Source: an uncultured Bacilli bacterium (lineage in GTDB: Bacteria > Bacillota_I > Bacilli_A > RF39 > UBA660). From it: DNA of 58,432 nt. The notes below the pieces were generated by a model. That model did not search any database, was not told the DNA's origin, and saw nothing but the letters and a program-made list of their open reading frames with translations. Location: contig CALVRZ010000002.1 in assembly GCA_944358875.1 (NCBI GenBank), forward strand, positions 1-58,432. The letters are read 5' to 3'. A program made the position numbers and the translations under genes. This document shows, piece by piece, positions 48,094 through 57,509 of this stretch. Each line of letters begins with the position of its first letter. The first letter of the stretch is position 1.

Positions 48094-49105
48094 CTGTCGT
48101 AATTCCCAATAGTTCACAAGCTTTATTTAACGAAATAATATCATCCGCTTCTAACTTGTATACAATTCTTTTAAATTGATATGATTTTTCAGGTTGAATA
48201 GGTTTGGGATCATTTTTTCCTATTCGCTGACTTAAAAATATGCTTAATTTTTTATATAAGTATTCTGATATAATATTTAAATCTTTCAATCTATATACAA
48301 TTGCTGCATAACTAACTTTAAATTCATTTTTAAAAGCAGTTAATTCAAAGAAATTTATATTTTTCCTTGATATTCCAAATTCATTTATTATTGCTTCTTT
48401 TGGCATTAATAGTGCACTTGCAAATCTATTACATATTTTTTCTTGATCTAATTCTTCATTATTAATATTTAGTAGTAAATGTCCTAATTCGTGAGCAATA
48501 GTAAATCTTTGTCTAGCACCATCTTTTATACCATCTAGTAAGACAATAATAGGAATATTATTTACTATTTCACTTAGACCATCAAAGTCATTAAAACGAT
48601 TATCTGGATTTTTAATTTGAATTATAATAATACCTAGGTTTTCAAGGGTATTAATTAAATCTGATATAGGTTGTTTACTTGATATTTTTATATAATTTCT
48701 AAATTCATTAGCGGATTTTTCAGCATCATCAAAACTATTACATGAATATTTTTTTAGTTTAATATTATTGTTATCTATATTGTTCATTTGTATAATTTCT
48801 AAATATTTAGCTACTTCATCTTGTATTATTTCTTCTAGTAGTTTTAAATTTTGACCAGTTAATCTTTTTTTCTTCCTAAATGAAGTAAATTTCATTTTAG
48901 GTGCATTATAGACTTTTAATAAATCAACAGATTTAACATTATATGCATTAGCAAAATCAATTAGTTTTTTTGAATCTGGTATTATTTCTCCTTTTTCATA
49001 TTTGGAAATGGCCGTTGCAGTCATATTAAGGAGTTTACCTGCATCTTTAAGTGATAGATTTTTTAATAATCTAATTCTTTTTAAATTTTTTCCTATTCCA
49101 TTCAT
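48062..49105 (-). CDS. XRE-type HTH fused to an ImmA/IrrE (COG2856) zinc metallopeptidase domain
   Basis: The N-terminal HTH is LKRIRLLKNLSLKDAGKLLNMTATAISKYEKG. The metalloprotease motif is HELGHLLL. Confidence 0.85.
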   Translation of the reverse strand: MNGIGKNLKRIRLLKNLSLKDAGKLLNMTATAISKYEKGEIIPDSKKLIDFANAYNVKSVDLLKVYNAPKMKFTSFRKKKRLTGQNLKLLEEIIQDEVAKYLEIIQMNNIDNNNIKLKKYSCNSFDDAEKSANEFRNYIKISSKQPISDLINTLENLGIIIIQIKNPDNRFNDFDGLSEIVNNIPIIVLLDGIKDGARQRFTIAHELGHLLLNINNEELDQEKICNRFASALLMPKEAIINEFGISRKNINFFELTAFKNEFKVSYAAIVYRLKDLNIISEYLYKKLSIFLSQRIGKNDPKPIQPEKSYQFKRIVYKLEADDIISLNKACELLGITTDEYNNEDNNY

Positions 49106-49253
49106 ATCATCTTCACTCCTTACAGTTTAAATTTTATCATAAAAAAGTAGAAATGTAAACCTAAAACTAAACATTTAATATTTATTTAAATTTTAATATT
49201 AGAAATATTAATTAATAGCATTTCTTTAAACATCACATATAATGTTATGAGGA

Positions 49254-50639
49254 GTGATAAATGTGGATAATAGTTACAGAGCTCTTACTGGTGTAGTTAT
49301 AGATCCTGGTCATGGAGGTACTGATCCTGGGGCAGTTGGAAATGGTTTACAAGAGAAAGATCTTAATTTATTGATTTCACAATATATGTATGATCGTTTT
49401 AAGGAATTAGGAGTTCCTGTTACGATAACGAGGGATGATGATGAAACTTTGTCACCTGCGGAAAGAACGGAAAGGATACTAGCTGCTTATGGAAATAATC
49501 CTAATGTAGTGGTAATATCTAATCACATTAATTCCGGAGGTGGCACCGGTGCAGAAGTAATTTATGCACTTAGAAATACAGATACTTTAGCTAAGAGTAT
49601 TTTAGAAAATCTTGGTGCTGAAGGTCAAACAATGAGAAAATATTATCAAAGAAGATTACCATCGAATACTAGTAAGGATTATTATTTTATTCATCGTGAT
49701 ACAGGGGTAACGGAACCTGTTATTGTGGAATATGGTTTTATTGATGATACGGCAGAAAATGTTCAATATTTACAAGATAATTATAAAAGATTAGCGGAAG
49801 CTGTTGTTAGAGCTGTTGCTAATTATAAGGGAATTCCATATACAAGTCCCGAGGGTGTTCAAAGTAGTGCTTATACTGTAAAAGCGGGAGATAGTTTATA
49901 TTCAATTGCCCTAAAGTATGGAATATCAGTTGATGAACTTAAGAATGCTAATAATTTAACAAGTAATATTATTATGGTGGGGCAAGTTTTACGTATACCT
50001 AGTGCGGTTGATGAAACAGAAGAGAATATTTATGTTGTTAAATCGGGAGATAGTTTGTATTCTATAGCTAAGAAGTATAATACGACAGTAGATAATCTTA
50101 AGAATCTTAATAATTTGACAAGTAATGTACTTATGATTGGTCAACAATTACTAGTACCAACAGTTAATAATAATAGTTCTTCAACATATGTTGTTCAAAA
50201 TGGTGATTCTTTATATAAAATAGCCCAGAAATATAATACAACAGTAAATGATATTAAATCTTTAAATAATCTTAGTAGTGATGCCTTAATGATCGGTCAA
50301 ACGTTAAAAATTCCTACTAATACTTCTAATAGTACTACTAGTGGTAATAATATTACTTATACAGTCAAAAGTGGTGATTCTTTATATAAGATAGCTCAGA
50401 GATATAATACAACAGTTAATGCTATTAAGAGATTGAATGGTCTATCTTCTGATAATCTTAGTGTAGGTCAACAATTATTGATACCTTCTTCTACTGGAGA
50501 AACGACTTATACAGTTCAAAGTGGTGATAGTCTTTATTCAATAGCTAAAAAGTTTAATACAACGGTAGATAATTTGAAAGAATTAAATAATTTAAGTTCA
50601 ACGTTACTTAATATTGGTCAAAAATTAATAGTAGGTTAG
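49254..50639 (+). CDS. N-acetylmuramoyl-L-alanine amidase (Amidase_3) with five C-terminal LysM repeats
   Basis: It has DPGHGGTDPGAVGNG. The motif Y.V..GDSLY.IA.KYNTTV...K.LN.L is repeated five times. The exact start is uncertain (GTG 49254 or 49263). Confidence 0.9.
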   Translation: MINVDNSYRALTGVVIDPGHGGTDPGAVGNGLQEKDLNLLISQYMYDRFKELGVPVTITRDDDETLSPAERTERILAAYGNNPNVVVISNHINSGGGTGAEVIYALRNTDTLAKSILENLGAEGQTMRKYYQRRLPSNTSKDYYFIHRDTGVTEPVIVEYGFIDDTAENVQYLQDNYKRLAEAVVRAVANYKGIPYTSPEGVQSSAYTVKAGDSLYSIALKYGISVDELKNANNLTSNIIMVGQVLRIPSAVDETEENIYVVKSGDSLYSIAKKYNTTVDNLKNLNNLTSNVLMIGQQLLVPTVNNNSSSTYVVQNGDSLYKIAQKYNTTVNDIKSLNNLSSDALMIGQTLKIPTNTSNSTTSGNNITYTVKSGDSLYKIAQRYNTTVNAIKRLNGLSSDNLSVGQQLLIPSSTGETTYTVQSGDSLYSIAKKFNTTVDNLKELNNLSSTLLNIGQKLIVG

Positions 50640-50848
50640 ATTAGTAGGTTTTATTACTAATCTTTTTTTATAAATTGTAAAGAAATTAATTGTAAAAAAT
50701 GTGATTTGTTTTTTAAAATGTCCGTTTTTTATTAATGCGTTTTTAAGTTAAAATGTCCTACTAAAAAATTTTGAAAAATTGTAAAGAAATTAATTGTAAA
50801 AAAATTAAATTTATGTTAGTATATATGTGAAAAAGATGGGAGTGAAGT

Positions 50849-51445
50849 ATGACAAAAGTATTAACATTTAAAGTTGAAATTGAAGGTTTAGAAGATAAGA
50901 TATGGAGAAAAATAGAAATAACTGATAGAAGAACAGTCGCTGATTTAGCATATACTATTCTTGCTACGTTTGATTCACTCGCATATCATTTATATAATAT
51001 AAAGTATAAAAACTATATATTTGATTGCTGGGTATGTGCCGAAGAAAGTCTTGATTATAATGATTTAACAAATGCTACTATTGTAAAATTAAAGGATTTA
51101 GAGTTAAAAGAAAATGATACTATGGAAATGGAATATGATTATGGTTCTACTACGACTTTTAAAATTACTTATTTAGAATCAAGAGGTGCTACGCAATATG
51201 AAGGATATTTGTATCCTAATGTAATAGATGGTGCTGGGCGTGGTATGTTAGATGATATTAGTGATTTTGAACTAAAAGAAATAGTAGATGATATTGATAA
51301 AAAAGGTTATTCTGAGCATTATGTTACACCTGGTTATGAAAAACGCGAAAAATATGATTATAGAAAATTCAATATTAAATCTAATAATAAGAAATTAAAA
51401 GGTTTAGTTTTGGAAATTAAAAATGGATATGAAGTTGGTGCTTGA
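50849..51445 (+). CDS. PRiA4_ORF3-like (plasmid pRiA4b ORF-3 family) protein, paralogue 1
   Basis: The N-terminal FKVEIEGLEDKIWRKIEI....T.ADL...I matches the family hallmark (...I.RRI.VP). The first ~57 aa are about 90% identical to 53183..53785. Confidence 0.7.
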   Translation: MTKVLTFKVEIEGLEDKIWRKIEITDRRTVADLAYTILATFDSLAYHLYNIKYKNYIFDCWVCAEESLDYNDLTNATIVKLKDLELKENDTMEMEYDYGSTTTFKITYLESRGATQYEGYLYPNVIDGAGRGMLDDISDFELKEIVDDIDKKGYSEHYVTPGYEKREKYDYRKFNIKSNNKKLKGLVLEIKNGYEVGA

Positions 51446-51975
51446 TGTTGAAATTATTAATATGGGGAGTTTCTAATGTTGGTAAAACTACAATAGGTAG
51501 AGAATTATCAAAAAGATTGAATTGTAAATTTTATGACATAGATGATGAAATAATTAAAATATATGGAAGTATAGATAATTTTCAAGAGGAATATCCAAAT
51601 TGTTATGATAGATTTGATAAAAAAGAAGAGATAATGTTGGATATTATTAACAGAGAAAAAGAAGAGTTTATAATGGTTGTATCACCTATATTTTCTACAT
51701 CTGTTGTTGAAAATTTATTACATACTGATACTAAATCTGTTGAAATAATAGACACACCAGAAGCTATTTATGATAGGTTGATTTTCGATGGAAATGATGC
51801 TTTAGAATATAAAGAAAAGCATAAGAAATACTATATGCAAGAAATAAAATGGGATCAAACAGCTAGTTATGATTTGTTTGCTAATATACCTAAAGTTAAT
51901 ATTGATAATCATAATATAAAAGATTCAGTAGATATATGTTATAAATATTTAAATGATAATAATTATTTGAAATAA
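51442..51975 (+). CDS. P-loop kinase-like protein (shikimate kinase/AAA_33-like)
   Basis: Walker A is GVSNVGKTT, followed by FYDIDDEI. It overlaps the upstream gene by 4 nt. Confidence 0.6.
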   Translation: MMLKLLIWGVSNVGKTTIGRELSKRLNCKFYDIDDEIIKIYGSIDNFQEEYPNCYDRFDKKEEIMLDIINREKEEFIMVVSPIFSTSVVENLLHTDTKSVEIIDTPEAIYDRLIFDGNDALEYKEKHKKYYMQEIKWDQTASYDLFANIPKVNIDNHNIKDSVDICYKYLNDNNYLK

Positions 51976-52107
51976 GGAAATATAATTTATAGTATATAAT
52001 TATAAGTTAAAAATAACAGTTATAATTATGACTATGATGCTTTTAATATAAAGATAATAAATGATGAATTAAATAAAAAGTTCGATATGAGAAAGTAGGA
52101 GAAGTAA

Positions 52108-52875
52108 ATGGATTTATTATTAGAAAAATTGTTTGAAAATAAATCTCCAAGTGAGATATCTACTATGTTAATTAATTTAAATAAAGTTCAATTGAATAGA
52201 AAAGAACATATAAAGAAATATTATAAGTTAAGAAAATTACATAGTGAAATTATTAATAGTATGGAAAATTATATTATGGATGGTAAATATAATATAAGTG
52301 AACATTATGATACTATTTATAATGACATTGATAAAGAAATTCCAGAATTAAATTTGGATTTGGACTTTAATGATATTGACGATAGAAATATACTTAACGA
52401 TTTATTTATGTATAAGAATCATTCTAAACTTATATCAATAACAGAAATATATCTTCAAAAAAATAAATTTAGAAATGAAGAAAAAATAAAAATGCTAAAC
52501 AGTATGAAAAAATCATATGTTGGTTTATTTAAGGTTATTGCTACTGATAGAAATAATGGTTATATAATTTATGAAGATGTATTTACTAAAAAGAAGTTTA
52601 AAGTTATTGATATTGCGATGAGTAGTACTTTAAAAGTTGATGAAAAAAGAATGATATATGTTTATAATAGAATAATAACATTTGATGATATATCATTTGG
52701 TACAGGTATTCATTGTATGATGACTTCTGAACATAAATCACTAAATGAATTTATAAAAAAACACAAATATAAGAATTGTAGTGATTTTTCTAGATGTCTT
52801 TTATTATATGATTTATCTAAGAGAGAAAATGATTTAATAGTTGAGTACAATAATCAATACGGATATAGAAGATAA
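52108..52875 (+). CDS. Uncharacterised protein, family A (paralogue of 33021..33737)
   Basis: It shares sequence blocks with 33021..33737, as described for that feature. Confidence 0.6.
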   Translation: MDLLLEKLFENKSPSEISTMLINLNKVQLNRKEHIKKYYKLRKLHSEIINSMENYIMDGKYNISEHYDTIYNDIDKEIPELNLDLDFNDIDDRNILNDLFMYKNHSKLISITEIYLQKNKFRNEEKIKMLNSMKKSYVGLFKVIATDRNNGYIIYEDVFTKKKFKVIDIAMSSTLKVDEKRMIYVYNRIITFDDISFGTGIHCMMTSEHKSLNEFIKKHKYKNCSDFSRCLLLYDLSKRENDLIVEYNNQYGYRR

Positions 52876-52995
52876 AAAATGAATAATAGTTTTAAATAAA
52901 TAAAATTGTTACATTTTGACTATACCCAGGTGGTATTGTCTTATTGATAAAATATTATCAAAGGAGATTGTTATCTGATACTGGCATGAATTATT

Positions 52996-53075
52996 ATTTG
53001 CAAAGATGTTTAACACAATGGTAGATAATTTAAGTTCAACATTACTAATATTGGTCAAAAATTAATAGTAGGTTA
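52996..53075 (+). pseudogene. Degenerate duplicate of the 3' end (last LysM repeat plus terminator) of the amidase gene
   Basis: GTAGATAATTTAAGTTCAACaTTACTAATATTGGTCAAAAATTAATAGTAGGTTAGATTAGTAG matches 50567-50657, with a 19-nt deletion and substitutions. Confidence 0.7.
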
Positions 53076-53182
53076 GATTAGTAGATATTATTACTAATCT
53101 TTTTTTATAAATTGTAAAGAGATTAATTGTAAAAAAATTAAATTTATGTTAGTATATATGTGAAAAAAGATGGGAGTGACGT

Positions 53183-53785
53183 ATGACTAAGGTATTAACA
53201 TTTAAAGTAGAAATTGAGGGTTTGGAAGATAAAATTTGGAGGAAGATTGAAATTACTGATAGAAGAACAGTTGCAGATTTAGCATATACTATTCTTGCAT
53301 CATTTCATTCTTTAGCATATCATTTATATGATATAGAATATAAAAATAAGTTCTATGATTGCTGGATTTGTATTGAAGATGATCATAGGGATGTAGAACT
53401 TGTAAATGCTGTTATTACCAAATTAGGTAGTATTGGTTTAAAAGAAAATGATACTATGCGAATGGAATATGATTCTGGTTCTACGACTACATTTATAATT
53501 ACTTATTTAGGTGAAAGTGATTTTAGAAGAGGTAATGGTATGCATTATCCATATGTAATTGATGGTGCTGGTTATGGAATGATTGATGATATTACTAGTG
53601 AAGAATTAAAACAAATTGTTGAAAATATTGATAAAACTGGTAAATCTGATTATTATGCATTACGCATGCATGGAAGAGATAGTTATAATTATGATTATAG
53701 AATTTTTAACTTGGATAAAAATAATCTTCAGGTAAGAAGATATTTTCAAAAGATAAAGTATAAATATGAAAACCAAATTTATTGA
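53183..53785 (+). CDS. PRiA4_ORF3-like protein, paralogue 2
   Basis: Its N-terminus and upstream region are duplicated from the 50.6-51.0 kb segment. Confidence 0.7.
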   Translation: MTKVLTFKVEIEGLEDKIWRKIEITDRRTVADLAYTILASFHSLAYHLYDIEYKNKFYDCWICIEDDHRDVELVNAVITKLGSIGLKENDTMRMEYDSGSTTTFIITYLGESDFRRGNGMHYPYVIDGAGYGMIDDITSEELKQIVENIDKTGKSDYYALRMHGRDSYNYDYRIFNLDKNNLQVRRYFQKIKYKYENQIY

Positions 53786-53858
53786 TTTAAATATAGTTAA
53801 AATTAAAAGTAAATTTTATTGATAAAAATTATATTGTTATTTGGAGGGTGCTGTTTAA

Positions 53859-54242
53859 ATGAAATGGATTGATAAAACTAATACTTTTGAAAAAAGAGAA
53901 TGGAAGGATAAATATTTAGAAATTTGTGAGGTTTTAGATGATAAAATAGAAGTTAACTTATATTCTTGTGAAGATATAAATAATTATGAAATATATGTAA
54001 GTTATGGCGTTATGTATGGGATAGTGTATGCTCATAAAGATAAAGCAATAGAATTGCGAGAAGAAATTAAAAAAGTTATATATGATGATTATATAAAAAA
54101 TGGATATAGTAAAGATATGCCAACAGATGAATTTATTAATGAATTTCATAAGAAATACAATATACAAATTCCATACGATATGTTTTTTGATGAAAGGGAA
54201 TTTATGAATAAGATGATGGAACTATTTGATTGCTTTAAATAA
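53859..54242 (+). CDS. Hypothetical small protein
   Basis: GGAGGG RBS precedes the start. No motif was recognised. Confidence 0.5.
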   Translation: MKWIDKTNTFEKREWKDKYLEICEVLDDKIEVNLYSCEDINNYEIYVSYGVMYGIVYAHKDKAIELREEIKKVIYDDYIKNGYSKDMPTDEFINEFHKKYNIQIPYDMFFDEREFMNKMMELFDCFK

Positions 54243-54346
54243 AAATGATATACATAAAGTTATATTAAGACATTCTTTATCTAAAATAGATTATAAATAT
54301 AATACTAATAGTTGATGTAGATATTTTTAATATTTAATTTATATAA

Positions 54347-54843
54347 GTGAAGGTAGTGATAGAGATGTTGTTATACACTAGTGCTTCTATATCAGAATTA
54401 GAAATACCTGGTAAAAGGAGTTTGGTAATTTATATATCTAATTGTCAACATAGATGTAAGAATTGTCGCACATCGTATTTGCATTTAGCCTATGGTGATT
54501 CTTTAAAATATACTTTTAACAATATATTTAATTTATATTATAATTATTTTGATATAGTTTGTTTTATGGGGATGGCAAGGAAACATTAGAGGATAAGATA
54601 GAAATGATTAATTATTGTAAATATATTCATAGTAGAGATAAAAGGGTAGCACTTTATAGTGGTAGAGATACTTATATTGAAGATTGGATGAATGATGCAT
54701 TAAAAAAAGTAAAGGTCCTTTAACGAATAAGAATACTAATCAGAAATTGTTTGAAAAGAATGGCAATTTATATAATGACATTACTTATATATTTTGGAAA
54801 TTAAGTTTGAAAAAAATATTTGACTTATTAAAAAAAGTATGCT
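54347..54843 (+). pseudogene. NrdG-like radical-SAM activating protein gene with two apparent frameshifts
   Basis: The cluster motif is CQHRCKNC. The reading frame is lost at TGGGGATGG (about 54575) and again at the A7 run (about 54700). The alternate frames continue with GDGKETLEDKIEMINYC...LYSGRDTY and KGPLTNKNTNQKLFEK. Confidence 0.45.
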
Positions 54844-55070
54844 AATATTAGTTTATCAGTGAAAGACTGATGCATATAATAAAATAGAAAGGATGTTATT
54901 TATATGAAGAGAATGGTAATGATTAATACTTGGCGTCATATAGGTAACACTTATACATATCGATGGTAAAAGCGATTATAGGTATAAGTGGTTTTTAGCA
55001 TTGCTTATACCTGTATGAAGATTATAATAATAAATAAGAATACAGGTTATGATAACTTGTATTCTTTTTT
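54822..55070 (+). promoter_or_regulatory. Promoter, 21-codon leader ORF (54904..54969, MKRMVMINTWRHIGNTYTYRW) and a multi-hairpin transcription attenuator
   Basis: The promoter is TTGACT, a 17-nt spacer and TAATAT. Mutually exclusive pairings are 54948-56 with 54982-90, 54981-88 with 55004-11, and 55009-16 with 55040-47. The terminator pairs 55037-46 with 55056-66 and is followed by T6. Confidence 0.55.
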
Positions 55071-55141
55071 GCGTATATGAAATAGTATTTTCAAAAGGGT
55101 ATAAGCAATGAAATGTGAATAAGATAAGAAAGGAAAATACT

Positions 55142-56182
55142 ATGGATTTAAAAGAAATATTAAGAAAATTGGTTAGTTATAATACAATTAGAGATAAGCA
55201 AAATAAGGAAATTATGGATTTTATTGAAGGATATTTAAAGAATTATAATTTTAAGACAGAGAGAGATAAAAAGTGTTTAATAGCGTATAATGATGAAATT
55301 CCTAATATTGGTTTTATTGGTCATACGGATACAGTTGATTATGAATCATGGGATGGTGATCCATTTGTTCTTCAGGAAAATAATGATAAGTTAATAGGAC
55401 TTGGTGCTTGTGATATGAAAGGTGGTATTGCGGCAATGTTATCTACAATTGGTAAAATAGATTTGGATAAGAATAAAATAGCACTATATTTTACTAATGA
55501 TGAAGAGATTAGTTTTGAAGGAATAAAGACAATTAGAGATAAGATAATTCCTATGAATGTAATTATTGGAGAACCTACTAATAATATTCCTATTTATGGT
55601 ACGAAAGGTGTTTTAGAGTTAAGAGTTGAATTTTATGGTGTTAAATGTCATTCTTCAACTCCTGATAAGGGGATAAGTGCTATTTATGAGTGTATTAAAT
55701 TTATTCATGAAGTTAATGATTATTACGAAAAGGTTATTAAGAAAGATAAAGTAGATGATTTTGAAGTTCCTTATACGACAATGAATATAGGAATGATAAA
55801 GGGTGGAGAAACAGTTAATTCTGTCGCAGGTAAGTGTGAAATTAGTATGGATTTTAGAATTGCTAAGAAAGAGCATTTATTAAGTATAATAGAAGAAATT
55901 AAAAAGATATTAAAGAAGTATAATGCTAAATTAATAATTAAACAGAATATTGCTCCTAATATTAATGAAAATGATATAAGTTTTTTAGAGGAGATTTCTT
56001 CTAAAAAAGAGACAAAATGTTATTTGACGGAAGGATCATATATTGATAAGAATTTTATTATATTAGGACCTGGTCCTGATACTTCACATCAAAAAAATGA
56101 ATATATTAATTTTTCTTCTTTAAAAGAAACAGAATATTTATATATAAAAATTATTGAATATTATAATGAAAGGAATGATTAA
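55142..56182 (+). CDS. M20 family metallopeptidase (ArgE/DapE-like deacylase)
   Basis: It has the motifs GHTDTV, GACDMKGG and TNDEE. Confidence 0.8.
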   Translation: MDLKEILRKLVSYNTIRDKQNKEIMDFIEGYLKNYNFKTERDKKCLIAYNDEIPNIGFIGHTDTVDYESWDGDPFVLQENNDKLIGLGACDMKGGIAAMLSTIGKIDLDKNKIALYFTNDEEISFEGIKTIRDKIIPMNVIIGEPTNNIPIYGTKGVLELRVEFYGVKCHSSTPDKGISAIYECIKFIHEVNDYYEKVIKKDKVDDFEVPYTTMNIGMIKGGETVNSVAGKCEISMDFRIAKKEHLLSIIEEIKKILKKYNAKLIIKQNIAPNINENDISFLEEISSKKETKCYLTEGSYIDKNFIILGPGPDTSHQKNEYINFSSLKETEYLYIKIIEYYNERND

Positions 56183-56185
56183 ATT

Positions 56186-56821
56186 ATGAAGATAATAGAT
56201 TATGATAAAAGTTTAGATAAAAAGGGGATTGTTGATGAAGCTTATGTTGTATGTAATAATGCTAACTTTCCTGTTACTTATCAGGATGTTTATGATCATT
56301 TATTTGGAGATGAAGAAGCTATTTTGAAATTGTTAATTAGCAATGATCATAGACTTGCGGGGTTTGGTGTTTTTGAGAATTATGATTTAATGATGGAAGA
56401 TGATGTTATAACGATGCTTTATTTATCAGGGATGGTTATTGATCCTAAATATCAGGGTAAAAATATTTCTAGAGAAATTATTAAAAGTGCATATAGAGAT
56501 TTAAGATGTGATTTAATTTCTTTGAGAACACAAAATATTGCTATGGTTAAGTCATTAATTAGGGCATATAATGATAATTTATTTGAAATGCCAGGGAAAG
56601 TTAATGATGAATTGTTAGAATGTTTAAAACAAGCAGAACCTTTTAGGGATATTGATGATAGGGGTGTTATTAGAGATTGTTACGCTAATCAGTTATATAA
56701 TAATTTAGATGCGATTCAGGATGGTTTTGGTATTAAATTACAGGAGTGTGATGCTTTAGGCGTTGTTATTGAACCTAGATATGCTAAACAAAAAGTATTA
56801 TCTAGATTCGGAAGATGTTAA
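56186..56821 (+). CDS. GNAT-like N-acetyltransferase domain protein
   Basis: LSGMVIDPKYQGKNISREIIK resembles the acetyl-CoA binding motif A (Q/R-x-x-G-x-G/A variant). Confidence 0.55.
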   Translation: MKIIDYDKSLDKKGIVDEAYVVCNNANFPVTYQDVYDHLFGDEEAILKLLISNDHRLAGFGVFENYDLMMEDDVITMLYLSGMVIDPKYQGKNISREIIKSAYRDLRCDLISLRTQNIAMVKSLIRAYNDNLFEMPGKVNDELLECLKQAEPFRDIDDRGVIRDCYANQLYNNLDAIQDGFGIKLQECDALGVVIEPRYAKQKVLSRFGRC

Positions 56822-56873
56822 TTTTGGTGTATATTTATTTTGATGTTTAGCATATAATATTTTAGGTGAAAAT

Positions 56874-57299
56874 ATGGTAATTAAATATACGGAAAAAGAA
56901 ATGGAATTACTAGCAAGGTTAATGCGAGCTGAAGCTGTTGGTGAAGGTGATTTAGGGATGTTGATGGTTGGTAATGTTGGAGTTAATCGTGTTTTAGCTG
57001 ATTGTTTAACTTTTAAAGATATTACGACGTTAAGTCAAATGGTTTTTCAGTCTCCTGGAGGTTTTACTGGCATTAATAGTTCTTTATTTTATGGAAATCC
57101 AACAGAGAAAGAAAAACAATTAGCAGAACGAGTTATTCGGGGTGAGTATTATTATCCAGCAACAAATGCTTTATGGTTTTATGCTCCATCAAAAGGATCG
57201 TCATGTGCTAGCACTTGGTGGGATCAACAATTAGCTGGTAAATATAAAAATCATTGTTTTTATAATCCTGATCCAGGTGTTTGTGAACAAATACATTAG
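56874..57299 (+). CDS. Cell wall hydrolase, SleB/CwlJ (Hydrolase_2) family
   Basis: It has LLARLMRAEAVGEG...VGNVGVNRV and a later ALWFYAP motif. Confidence 0.85.
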   Translation: MVIKYTEKEMELLARLMRAEAVGEGDLGMLMVGNVGVNRVLADCLTFKDITTLSQMVFQSPGGFTGINSSLFYGNPTEKEKQLAERVIRGEYYYPATNALWFYAPSKGSSCASTWWDQQLAGKYKNHCFYNPDPGVCEQIH

Positions 57300-57509
57300 A
57301 AAAGCAATTGATGTTCAATGTATCAGTTGCTTTTCTTATAATTTTTAAAATTTAGGTAAAAATATGCAATGATATTAATTGTTAAATTACAAACATGTCA
57401 TTTTGAAAGCTTACATTTACTATGCAAATGCAAAAATAAGTAAAAAAATTGCTAAAATAAGGTTGAAAAAAACATAAATATATGGTAAATTATATATGTA
57501 ACCAGTTAT

